Positions 49,219 through 59,454 of a stretch of DNA of 64,000 nt are shown here, piece after piece. This DNA is from Mustelus asterias (Eukaryota): the NCBI RefSeq assembly GCF_964213995.1, contig NW_027590578.1, positions 62,001-126,000 of the forward strand, read 5' to 3'. The position numbers and the translations under genes were made by a program. The notes under the pieces are model-generated. The model was not told the DNA's origin, did not search any database, and worked only from the letters and a program-made list of their open reading frames with translations. Position 1 is the first letter of the stretch; each line of letters opens with the position of its first letter.

Positions 49219-50861
49219 GGGGGGCGGGGGGGGGGGGAGGGGGGCGGCAGGAACCTTCTGTAGAAAAGCACAGCCTCCTCTGGGGAGGGGGACCTGAATT
49301 CGGAGTGCGGAAGGGCGGGATTCCCTGGGGCGGGGAGTGTGGGGAGCACGGAGCGGGTGGAACCCTGCAGTCGGGATGACGTGACCTCCCGGGGGGGAGG
49401 GGGGTGGGGGGCACCTCGTGGGGGGCACCATGAGGTCTCAGCACTGGGGAGTCACTTCAAGGTGCGAGTGTGCCAGAGGATCGAGCTCTCGCTGGGATTT
49501 CTGTGTCTCATCTTTGGACACTAAGGGACAATTTAGCATGGTCAATCCTTCTAACCTACACATCTTTGGACATTAAGAGTCAATTTAACATGCCCAATCC
49601 ACCTAACCAGCGCATCTTTAGACACGAAGGGGCAACTTAGCATGGGCAATCCCCCTAAACTATACATCATTGCACAGTAAGAGACAATTTAGTGTGGTCA
49701 ATCCAACTAACCTACACATCTTTGGACACTAGGGGACAGTTTAGCATGGCCAATCCACCTAACCTACACATCTTTGGACACCAAGGGGCAATTTAGCATG
49801 GTGAATCCCCCTAACCTGCACATCTTTGGACATTAAGTGGTAATTTAACATGGCCAATCCATCTAACCTGTACATCTTTGGACATTAAGGGGCAATTTAG
49901 CATGGCTAATCCATCTAACATGCACATCTTTGGGCATTAAAGGGCAATTTAGCATGGCCAATCACCTCACCTGCAGATCTTTGGACACTAAGGGACAATT
50001 AAGCTTGGCCAATCCAACTAACCTACACATCTTGGGACACTAAGGGGCAATTTACCATGGCCAATCCACCTAACCAGCATATCTTTGGACACTAAGGGGC
50101 AATTTAGCATGGCCAATCCACCTAATGAGCATATATTTAGCCATGAAGGGACAATTGAATCTGGCTAATCCACCTAATCTGCACATTGTTGGAACTAAGG
50201 GACAATTTAACATGACTAATCCACCTAATCTTCACTTCTGTGGAGTGTGGGAGGAAACCGCAGCACTCAGAGGAAACTCACGCAGACCTCACGCAGTCTG
50301 GCCCACACGTCATTTATAGAATAATAAAATGATAAAAAACCCTACAGTGCAGAAGGAGGCCATTCGGCCCATCGAGTCGGCACCGACCACAATCCCACCC
50401 ATGCCCTATTCCCGTAACCACATTCATTTACCCTAGCTCGTCCCCCTGACACTAAGGGGCAATTTAGCATGGCCAATCCACCTAACCTGCACATCTTTGG
50501 ACACTAAGGGGACAATTTAGCATGGCCAATCCACCTAACCTGCACATCTTTGGACACGAAGAGACAATTTAGCATGGCCAATCCACCGTAAACTATACAT
50601 CTTTGGACACTAAGAGACAATTTAGTGTGGTCAATCCAATTAACCTACAGATCTTTGGACACTACAGAAGAATCTAGTCATGATCTGGAATTCAAAGTCT
50701 AATGATGACCATGAAACCATTGTCGATTGTGGTGAAAAACCCATCTGGTTCACCATCTGGTCCTTTAGGGAAGGAAATCTGCCGTCCTCACCTGGTTCTG
50801 AGGGTGCCAGGGAGAGAATTTCACTGTCTCAGCCTCTCTCTCTCTGTCTCTCTCTCTCTGC

Positions 50862-50892
<31 letters not shown>

Positions 50893-51594
50893 AGCCTCTT
50901 TCTCTATTCAAGACATTCTTGAAATTAAAACACTGCTCTCATACACAATTAAATGTCAGATATCTCTCACTGTCTCGCCCTGTCTGTCTCTCTCTGCTTC
51001 TCTCCCCCTATCTCTCTCCTCCTGTCTCTCTCTCTCTCTATCTCAACCTTTCTCTGTCTCTCAGCCTCTCTCTCTCTGTCATTTTAAAAATTCACCAAAT
51101 TAAAGAACACTCTACACTGCGATCTTACACTGGGTAAAAACACTGGGTAAAAGCTCTTTCTCTCTCCCTGTGTCTCTCTGTGTCTCTGTCTCTCTCACTC
51201 TCTGCCTCCCNNNNNNNNNNNNNNNNNNNNNNNNNNNNNNNNNNNNNNNNNNNNNNNNNNNNNNNNNNNNNNNNNNNNNNNNNNNNNNNNNNNNNNNNNN
51301 NNNNNNNNNNNNNNNNNNNNNNNNNNNNNNNNNNNNNNNNNNNNNNNNNNNNNNNNNNNNNNNNNNNCTCTCTGTGCTGCTCCCCCCAGTCTCACAGTTG
51401 CAGCGTGCTAAGTGTTTCTTTACCCAGTGTTATTGATGTGGGAGTCCTGTGCTGGGGTGTGTGTGTGGGTGGGTGGGTTTCACTAAGGGGCTGTAAGCTC
51501 TCTTTCTAGGAAGGGGAAGTGGTGAGGCAGATGTGTGAGGGAGAGTGTGTGTAAGCGGCGGATGTGAAACTTCCCCCAGCAGCAGGCAGCGCAG

Positions 51595-51668
51595 AGTTTT
51601 TGTTCTGGTGTATCACTGTGGGGATATACAGTGGGGCCACAGTCGCTGAATCTCTCTGTACAATAAAC
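51595..51668 (+). other. D-like gene segment, copy 1 (coding 51621-51637, GGGATATACAGTGGGGC); RSS spacers defective
   Basis: 5' side: AGTTTTTGT, 10 nt, CACTGTG. 3' side: CACAGTC, 15 nt, ACAATAAAC. Open in all three frames (GIYSG/GYTVG/DIQWG). Confidence 0.65.
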
Positions 51669-51864
51669 CTCCCAGCACTGTGTCTGAAGCCTCCTCGAAA
51701 CCATCCTCCAAATCCTGCCCTGCTCCCCCTCCCTCCCCTCTCTCTCTCTCCAATATTCGTATAACCCGGGTTTATAAACTGGGGGGGTGAGATTCAGCAC
51801 TGGGTCCCCCCTGTCTCTCCCCGGCCTTGCCCCAGTGATAACACACTCCCTGATAGAAGGAGGG

Positions 51865-52311
51865 GGTTTGTGTCAGGCTCACTGTCAATATAGAAACCCT
51901 ACAGTGCAGAAAGAGGCCATTCGGCCCATCGAGTCTGCACCGACCACAATCCCACCCAGGGCCTACTCCCATATCCCTACATATTTACCCATTAATCCCT
52001 CTAACCTACGCATCTCAGGACACTAAGGGGCAATTTTAGCATGGCCAATGCACCCTAACCCGCACATCTTTGGACTGTGGGAGGAAACCGGAGCACCCGG
52101 AGGAAACCCACACACAGACACGGGGAGAATGTGCAAACTCCACACAGACAGTGACCCGAGCCGGGAATCGAACCCAGGTCCCTGGAGCTGTGAAGCAGCA
52201 GTGCTAACCCACTGTGCCACCGTGCCGCCAATGTGGCAATGCTGCCACTCGATTGGCACAATCTTTCTGGGAGGTGGCACCCAGACTGACTGTCACCCTT
52301 CCCGAGCGAGT
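51865..52311 (+). pseudogene. J-like pseudo-segment a (coding ~52236-52305) with its 12-RSS split by an HE1 SINE
   Basis: GGTTTGTGT, 12 nt, CAAT|SINE|CAATGTG. Coding ...IFLGGGT(+1)RLTVT..., degenerate donor GCGAGT. Confidence 0.65.
51890..52228 (-). mobile_element. HE1-type V-SINE with TSD CAAT
   Basis: Full-length SINE with CAAT at 51886-51889 and 52229-52232. Confidence 0.85.
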
Positions 52312-52490
52312 GGAGAGAGAGAGAGAGAGAGAGAGAGACATTCACATTGAGCTGACGTGAGGATGTGTTTGGGGGAGGGGGGGGGGTGGATTTAAGATAT
52401 TTCCCCCAGCCTCAACACCCACCCCCCCACACCCCTCCACCCCCCCCCCCCACCCCACCCCCGCTGACACACACACACACAACCCCCCCC

Positions 52491-52526
<36 letters not shown>

Positions 52527-52839
52527 TCTGGAACCGTGACTGCGAATAGTTAGAAAGTTCACCCAGCTCCACACTCACTGTGACCCTTCCAACATCTGTC
52601 ACAGGGGCTGAAGAATTAAATGGGATGATTCTGTCTAGAGACACAATTCAGGAATTTCACACAAGGTCCCTGAATATTTCCTCCAGTTTTGTGGGGAGAG
52701 TGAGGGGGGGCGGGGAATGTGGGACAGAAGGGGTGCAGAATTCCCCAATCTCTTACTGAAGGGGATTGGGAGCGAGCTGTGTCAAATGTGAATTGGTTGA
52801 GAGTTTAACACCAGGGGGTTAAGGAGCTTGGGGAAGGGG

Positions 52840-52871
<32 letters not shown>

Positions 52872-53059
52872 GGGCAAGCATTTCAGATGGTATCTGAACT
52901 TGGGAATCAAACCCAGATGTCCTCCCCACCTCTCCATTGGAAAGTTCCCCCCCCCCCCCCATTGCCACTCCCCCCAGACACACAGATCATTCTCAGACCC
53001 CCCTCCCATTATCTTTCCAAGGGGTCAGCGTTTGAAAGGTTGTCAGGGGTGAGGGTTTG

Positions 53060-54325
53060 CTAAATTGTCTCTTAGCATCCAGAGATGTGCGGGTTAGGTG
53101 GATTGGCCATGCTAAATTGTCCCTTAGTGTCCAAAGATGTGCAGGTTAGGTGGATTGGCCATGCTAAATTGCCCCTTAGTGTCCAAAGATGTGTAGGTTA
53201 GGTGGATTGGCCATGCTAAATTGTCCCTTAGTGTCCAAAGATGTGTAGGTTAGGTGGATTGGCCATGCTAAATTGTCCCTGAGTGTCCAAAGATGTGCAG
53301 GTTCGGTGGATTGGCCATGCTAAATTGTCCCTGAGTGTCCAAAGATGTGCAGGTTAGGTGGATTGGTCATGCTAAATTGTCCCTGAGTGTCCAAAGATGT
53401 GTAGGTTAGGTGGATTGGCCATGCTAAATTGTCCCTTAGTGTCCAAAGATGTGCAGGTTCGGTGGATTGGCCATGCTAAATTGTACCTTGGTGTCCAAGG
53501 ATGTGCAGGTTCGGTGGATTGGCCATGCTAAATTGTACCTTGGTGTCCAAAGATGTGCAGGTTACGTGGATTGGCCATGCTAAATTGTCCCTTAGTGTCC
53601 AAAGATGTGTAGGTTACGTGGATTGGCCATGCTAAATTGTCCCTTAGTGTCCAAAGATGTGTAGGTTAGGTGGATTGGCCATGCTAAATTGTCCCTTAGT
53701 GTCCAAAGATGTGTAGGTTAGGTGGATTGGCCATGTTAAATTGTCCCTTAGTGTCCAAAGATGTGTAGGTTAGATGGATTGGCCATGCTAAATTGTCCCT
53801 TAGTGTCCAAAGATGTGTAGGTTAGGTGGATTGGCCATGTTAAATTGTCCCTTAGTGTCCAAAGATGTGTAGGTTAGATGGATTGGCCATGCTAAATTGT
53901 CCCTTAGTGTCCAAAGATGTGTAGGTTAGGTGGATTGGCCATGTTAAATTGTCCCTTAGTGTCCAAAGATGTGTAGGTTCGGTGGATTGGCCATGCTAAA
54001 TTGTCCCTTAGTGTCCAAATATGTGCAGGTTAGGTGGATTGGCCATGCTAAATTGTCCCTTAGTGTCCAAAGATGTGTAGGTTAGGTGGATTGGCCATGT
54101 TAAATTGTCCCTTAGTGTCCAAAGATGTACAGGTTAGGTGGATTGGCCATGCTAAATTGTCCCTTAGTGTCCAAAGATGTGTAGGTTAGGTGGATTGGCC
54201 ATGTTAAATTGTCCCTTAGTGTCCAAAGATGTGTAGGTTCGGTGGATTGGCCATGCTAAATTGTCCCTTAGTGTCCAAAGATGTACAGGTTAGGTGGATT
54301 GGCCATGCTAATTGACCCTTAGTGT
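53060..54325 (+). repeat. Homogeneous 52-bp V-domain satellite, ~24 copies
   Basis: (gtccaaagatgtg(c/t)aggttaggtggattggccatgctaaattgtcccttagt)n. Confidence 0.92.
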
Positions 54326-54790
54326 CAGTGGGTCTAGCTGGGGTAAATGTATGGAGTTGTGGGGATGGGGCCTGGCTGGGATTGTGGTCGGTACAGACTC
54401 GATGGGCGAATGGCCTCCTTCTGCACTGTAGAAATTCTATGATTCTATAAATAACGTGTAGGCCAGACCAGGTGAGGACGGCAGATTTCCTTCCCTAAAG
54501 GACCAGATGGTGAACCAGATGGGTTTTTCACCACAATCGACAATGGTTTCATGGTCATCATTAGACTTTTAATTCCAGATTCTTATTGAATTCAAATTTC
54601 ACCATTTGCTGTGGTGGGATTCGAACCCGGATCCCCAGAGCATCACCCTGGGTCTCTGGGTTACTGACCCAGTGGCACAGAGGTTAGCATTACTGCCTCA
54701 TAGCACCAGGGACCCAGGTTCAAATCCAGCCTAACTTCATTGCAGTGTTAATGTAAGCCTACTTGTAACTAATAAATAAACTTTAACTTG
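54326..54790. mobile_element. SINE tail + SacSINE-like + V-SINE composite, inverted copy of 45975-46445
   Basis: Same order of fragments in reverse complement. Confidence 0.7.
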
Positions 54791-55469
54791 ACTTTACCCT
54801 TGACGGTTGGAGAGACAGACAGAGAGAGAGAGATACAGAGACGGAGAGACACACTAACAGATATGCAGAGAAATATAAGGCAAACACACAAGACACACAC
54901 AGAAAGAGACAGGTGGAGAGAGAACAGAAAGAGACGTAGAGATAGACAGAGAGAGAGAGAGAGACAAACAGATATGCAGAGAAATATGGGCTCACAAAAC
55001 ACTCACAGAGACAGATGGAGAGACTGAGAGACACACAAATAAGGAAATGCAGAGAGATATAAGGCTAGCACACAAAACACTCACAGAGAGGAACAGAGGG
55101 GGAGAGAGGAGACAGAGGAGAGAGAGAGAGAGAGACAGAGGGAGAGAAAGAGACAGAGGAAGAGAAACATGGAAAGAGAGAGACAGACAGAGGGGGAGAG
55201 AAAGACAGACAGAGAGAGAGAGAGACAGACAGACAGAAGGAGAAACAGAATTATAAAATACACATTTAATTATCAGATATCTGTCTCTCTCTCTCTCTCT
55301 CAGCCTCTCTGTCATTTTAAAAATTCCCCAAGTTAAAAAACACTCCACACTGCGATCTCACACTGGGTAAAAACTAATCACTGCGGGTGCTGGAATCTGA
55401 AACCAAGAGGGAAAATGCTGGAAAATCTCAGCAGGTCTGGCAGCATCTGTCAGGAGAGAAAAGAGTTGA

Positions 55470-56640
55470 GAAGGGGGCAGAGGGGGGAAGGGGGCAGAGG
55501 GGGGAAGGGGGCAGAGGGGGAAGGGGGCAGAGGGGGGAAGGGGGCAGAGAGGGGAAAGGAGGCAGAGGGGGGAAGGGGCAGAGGGAGGGAAGGGGGCAGA
55601 GGGGGGAAGGGGGCAGAGGGGGGAAGGGGGCAGAGGGGGGAAGGGGCAGAGGGGGGAAGGGGGCAGAGGGGGGGAAGGGGGCAGAGGGGGGGAAGAGGGG
55701 GGAAGGGGGGAAAGGGGGCAGAAGGGGGGGCAGAGGGGGGAAGGGGGCAGAGGGGGGAAGGGGCAGAGGGGGGAAGGGGGCAGAGGGGGGGAAGGGGGCA
55801 GAGGGGGGGGAAGGGGGCAGAGGGGGGAAGGGGCAGAGGGGGGGAAGGGGCAGAGGGGAGGAAGGGGCCAGAGGGGGGGGAGGTGGCAGAGGGGGGAAGG
55901 GGCAGAGGGGGGAAGGGGCAGAGGGGGGAAGGGGGCAGAGGGGGGAAGGGGTCAGAGGGAGGAAGGGGCAGAGGGGGAAAGGGGCAGAGGGAGGGAAGGG
56001 GGCAGAGGGGGGAAGGGGCAGAGGGAGGGAAGGGGCAGGGGGGGAAGGGGGCAGAGGGGGGAAGGGGGCTGATGGGGTAGGGGGCAGAGGGGGGAAGGGG
56101 CAGAGGGGGAGGGGGCAGAGGGGGGAAGGGGCAGAGGGGGAGGGGGCAGAGGGGGGAAGGGGGCAGAGGGGGGAAGGGGCAGAGGGGGGAAAGGGGGCAG
56201 AGGGGGGAAGGGGCAGAGGGGGGAAGGGGGCAGAGGGGGGAAGGGGCAGAGGGGGGAAGGGGGCAGAGGGGGGAAGGGGGCAGAGGGGGGAAGGGGGCAG
56301 AGGGGGGAAGAGGGCAGAGGGGGGAAGGGGGCAGAGGGGGGAAGGGGCAGAGGGGGGAAGGGGGCAGAGGGGGGAAGGGGGCAGAGGGAGGGAAGGGGGC
56401 AGAGGGGGGAAGGGGGCAGACGGGGGGGAAGGGGGCAGAGGGGGGAAGGGGGCAGAGGGGGGAAGGGGGCAGACGGGGGAAAGGGGGCAGAGAGGGGAAG
56501 GGGCAGAGGGGGGAAGGGGGGCAGAGGGGGGGAAGGGAGCAGAGGGGGGAAAGGGGGCAGAGGGGGGAAAGGGGGCAGAGAGGGGAAAGGGAGCAGAGGG
56601 GGGAAAGGGGGGGCAGAGGGGGGAAAGGGGGGGCAGAGGG
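55470..56640 (+). repeat. G-rich purine minisatellite (GGGGCAGAGGGGGGAAG)n
   Basis: ~1.2 kb of ~16-18-bp units, with G4-G7 tracts all on one strand. Confidence 0.92.
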
Positions 56641-57040
56641 AGAGACAGTGACAGAGACAGACAGAGAGACAGTCCTGTTTTAAGGGACAGTTCAGTTTGG
56701 GGCCAGTGTTTGTGAATTTATAAACAGCACTGATATTCCCAACAAGGGCCAGAGGTCTCAGTGCTGAAACATATTAAACTGTTCAAACAGAGGCAGGCAG
56801 AAAGCCATGAGGCTTCAGAGCTCCCTGTAGATGCAAAGGTAACTCTGTCAAAAAGTAGCCACATGTGAAGTGGAAACACCTTCCCTCAGCTTGTTACACA
56901 CTGACCTTTCCACAACCCCAACATGTTTACAAACACTCGCTGCAGTTTCTGCAAACTTTGTATCAAACTGCCCCCCACTCTGCTCAATACTGACCCCCTC
57001 TCAACCTGGCACTGAACTAGTGTCTGAATTGAGACAGAGA

Positions 57041-57221
57041 TGATGTGGAGATGCCGGCGTTGGACTGGGGTGGGGCACAGTAAGGAGTCTCACAACACCA
57101 GGTTAAAGTCCAACAGGTTTATTTGGTAGTACAAGCCACTCGCTTTCAGCGCTCCGGAAGCTAGTGACTTGTGCTACCAAATAAACCTGTTGGACTTTAA
57201 CCTGGTGTTGTGAGACTTATT
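57041..57221. mobile_element. Palindromic Penelope-derived insertion with ~13-bp TSD (ATTGAGACAGAGA)
   Basis: Inverted arms ~57088-57218. TSD at 57028-57040 and 57222-57234. Confidence 0.7.
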
Positions 57222-57917
57222 ATTGAGACAGAGATGCAGAGACAGAGATACAGACAGACACAGACAGAGGGAGACAGAGACAGATTTCAAAGTTGAAAGT
57301 TTTAAAGTTTATTTATTAGTGTAACAAGTAAGGCTTACATTAACACTGCAATGAAGTGACAGAGAGAGACACACACAGACAGAGACAGAAAGTAACAGAG
57401 AGACAGAGACTCAACACTGCTTTCATACACAATTAATCATCAGATATCTGCCTCTCTCTCTGTGTCTCTCTCTCTCTGTGTTGCTCTCTCTGTGTCTCTC
57501 TCTCTGTGTATGTCTCTCTTTGCCTCACTNNNNNNNNNNNNNNNNNNNNNNNNNNNNNNNNNNNNNNNNNNNNNNNNNNNNNNNNNNNNNNNNNNNNNNN
57601 NNNNNNNNNNNNNNNNNNNNNNNNNNNNNNNNNNNNNNNNNNNNNNNNNNNNNNNNNNNNNNNNNNNNNNNNNNNNNNNNNNNNNNNNNNNNNNNNNNNN
57701 NNNNNNNNNNNNNNNNNNNNNNNNNNNNNNNNNNNNNNNNNNNNNNNNNNNNNNNNNNNNNNNNNNNNNNNNNNNNNNNNNNNNNNNNNNNNNNNNNNNN
57801 NNNNNNNNNNNNNNNNNNNNNNNNNNNNNNNNNNNNNCTCTCACTGTCTCAATGTCTCACTCTCTATTTCTCTCTCTCTCTCCCCTGTCTCTCTCTCTGC
57901 CTCTCTCTCTGTGTCTC

Positions 57918-58515
57918 CCTTGTGAACCTTCTCTGCACTCTTTCAACCTTATTTACAGGAAGGATGTAAATAAGATTGAAAGAGTGCAGAGAAGGTTCAC
58001 AAGGATGTTGCTGGGACTTGAGAAACTGAGTTACAGAGAGAGATTGAATAGGTCGGGACTTTATTCCCTGGAGCATAGAAGATTGAGGGGAGATTTGATA
58101 GAGGTGTATAAGATTTTGATGGGTATAGATAGAGTGAATGCAAGCAGGCTTTTTCCGCTGAGGCTAGGGGAGAAAAAAACCAGAGGGCATGGGTTAAGGG
58201 TGAAAGGAGAAAAGTTTAAAGGGAATATTAGGGGGGGCTTCTTCACGCAGAGAGTGGTGGGAGTGTGGAATGAGCTGCCGGATAAAGTGGTAAATGCTTT
58301 TAACATTTTAGATGGGAGTGTGGAATGAGCTGCCGGATAAAGTGGTAAACACTTTTAACATTTAAGAAAAACTTGGACGGGTTCATGGATGAGAGGGGTG
58401 TGGAGGGATATGGTCCAAGTGCAGGTCAGTGGGACTAGGCAAAAAATGGTTCGGCACAGACAAGAAGGGCCAAAAGGCCTGTTTCTGAGCTGTAATTTTC
58501 TATGGTTCTATGGTT
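57918..58515 (+). mobile_element. CR1 3' fragment with a 5' fold-back palindrome
   Basis: IERVQRRFTRM...FFTQRVVGVWN. ~40-bp inverted arms at 57918-57957 and 57965-58004. Confidence 0.8.
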
Positions 58516-58638
58516 CTCTCTCTCTGTCTCCCTGTCTCTCTCTGTCTCTCTCTCTGTGCTGCTCCCCCCAGTCTCACAGTTGCGGTGTGCTAAGTGTTTC
58601 TTTACCCAGTGTTTGTGATGTGGGAGTCCTGTGCTGGG

Positions 58639-58670
<32 letters not shown>

Positions 58671-58786
58671 TTCACTCAGGGGCTGTGAGCTCTCTTTCTA
58701 GGAAGGGGAAGTGGTGAGGCAGATGTGTGAGGAAGAGTGTGTGTCAGCGGCGGATGTGAGACTTTCCCAGCAGCAGGTAGCAGCAG

Positions 58787-58862
58787 AGGTTTTGTGCTGG
58801 TGTGTATCACTGTGGGGATATACAGTGGGGCCACAGTCGCTGAATCTCCCTGTACAATAAAC
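58787..58862 (+). other. D-like gene segment, copy 2 (coding 58815-58831) with a correctly spaced 5' 12-RSS
   Basis: AGGTTTTGT (58787-58795), 12 nt, CACTGTG (58808-58814), then GGGATATACAGTGGGGC, then CACAGTC, 15 nt, ACAATAAAC. Confidence 0.72.
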
Positions 58863-59108
58863 CCACCAGCACTGTGTCTGAAGCCTCAATTGGTTGAGAG
58901 TTTAACACCAGGAGGTTAAGGAACTCGGAGAGGGGGGAGAGAGAGAAAGGGCATCATTTCAGATGGTATCTTGGGAACCAAACCCAGATGTCCCTCTCCC
59001 CCCTCCATTGGAAAGCTCCCCCTCTCTTCCCTCTACCCCCAGACTGGATCATTTTCAGACACCCCCATCTTTATCTTTCCAAGGGGTTCAGTGTTTCCAA
59101 GGGGGTGA

Positions 59109-59202
59109 GGTTTGTGTCGTGGGATATGGCATTGTGTGTGTGTGTGAGAGTGACGGCAATACTGGCTCCTTGGAACTGGGAGCCAACACACACAGGGATA
59201 GG
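59109..59202 (+). pseudogene. J-like pseudo-segment b (coding 59137-59202)
   Basis: GGTTTGTGT, 12 nt, CATTGTG. Coding ...WLLGTGSQHTQG* then phase-1 GT at 59203. Stops and indel present. Confidence 0.6.
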
Positions 59203-59274
59203 GTGGATTGGGGCAGGGTTGGGGGGGTTTGCAGGCAGGGTGGTGGGTGGATGGGGTGGGGTTGAGGTGGGGGT

Positions 59275-59372
59275 AGTTTTTGATCAGACGGTTCGCACTG
59301 TGGGTGAGGAGTACGGAGCAGTCTCCAGCCAACTAACGCTTGGAGGTGGGATCCCACTGCGGGTGGGACACG
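59275..59372 (+). other. J-like segment c (coding 59303-59372, GEEYGAVSSQLTLGGGIPLRVGH), open, non-canonical LGGG
   Basis: AGTTTTTGA, 12 nt, CACTGTG. 11 codons from the F-position, then phase-1 donor GTGCGT at 59373 (TCR alpha/delta J geometry). Confidence 0.75.
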
Positions 59373-59454
59373 GTGCGTAACCTCTCTCACCATGACTGAA
59401 CCCACACCCACCCCCTCCCCAATCCCATCCCCGCCATTCCTTCCAATGAACAAT

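Larger units (their letters stand above)
45678..50665 (-). repeat. Interrupted arrays of a 52-bp V-SINE V-domain satellite (45678-45880, 46445-47585, 48355-48712, 49510-50240, 50450-50665)
   Basis: Unit ggacactaaggggcaatttagcatggccaatccacctaacctgcacatcttt, period 52. Confidence 0.9.

Noticed and set aside
52560-52600. Isolated CACTGTG heptamer
   Set aside because: No nonamer at 12 or 23 nt and no GxG motif downstream.
53060-54325. CRISPR-like regular array
   Set aside because: Head-to-tail satellite with no spacers, derived from the V-SINE core.
55346-55375. CACACTG...GTAAAAACT RSS-like motif (related ACACTGGGTAAA motifs at 51128-51152 and inverted at ~51419)
   Set aside because: Spacer is 14 nt and there is no adjacent V or D coding sequence. 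Left unexplained.
55387-56715. 442-aa Gly/Glu/Arg-rich ORF
   Set aside because: Translation of a stop-free G-rich minisatellite. It is open in more than one frame and has no gene structure.
56707-56734. RSS-like TGTTTGTGA, 12 nt, CACTGAT
   Set aside because: The critical GTG end of the heptamer is lost and no D- or J-like sequence follows.
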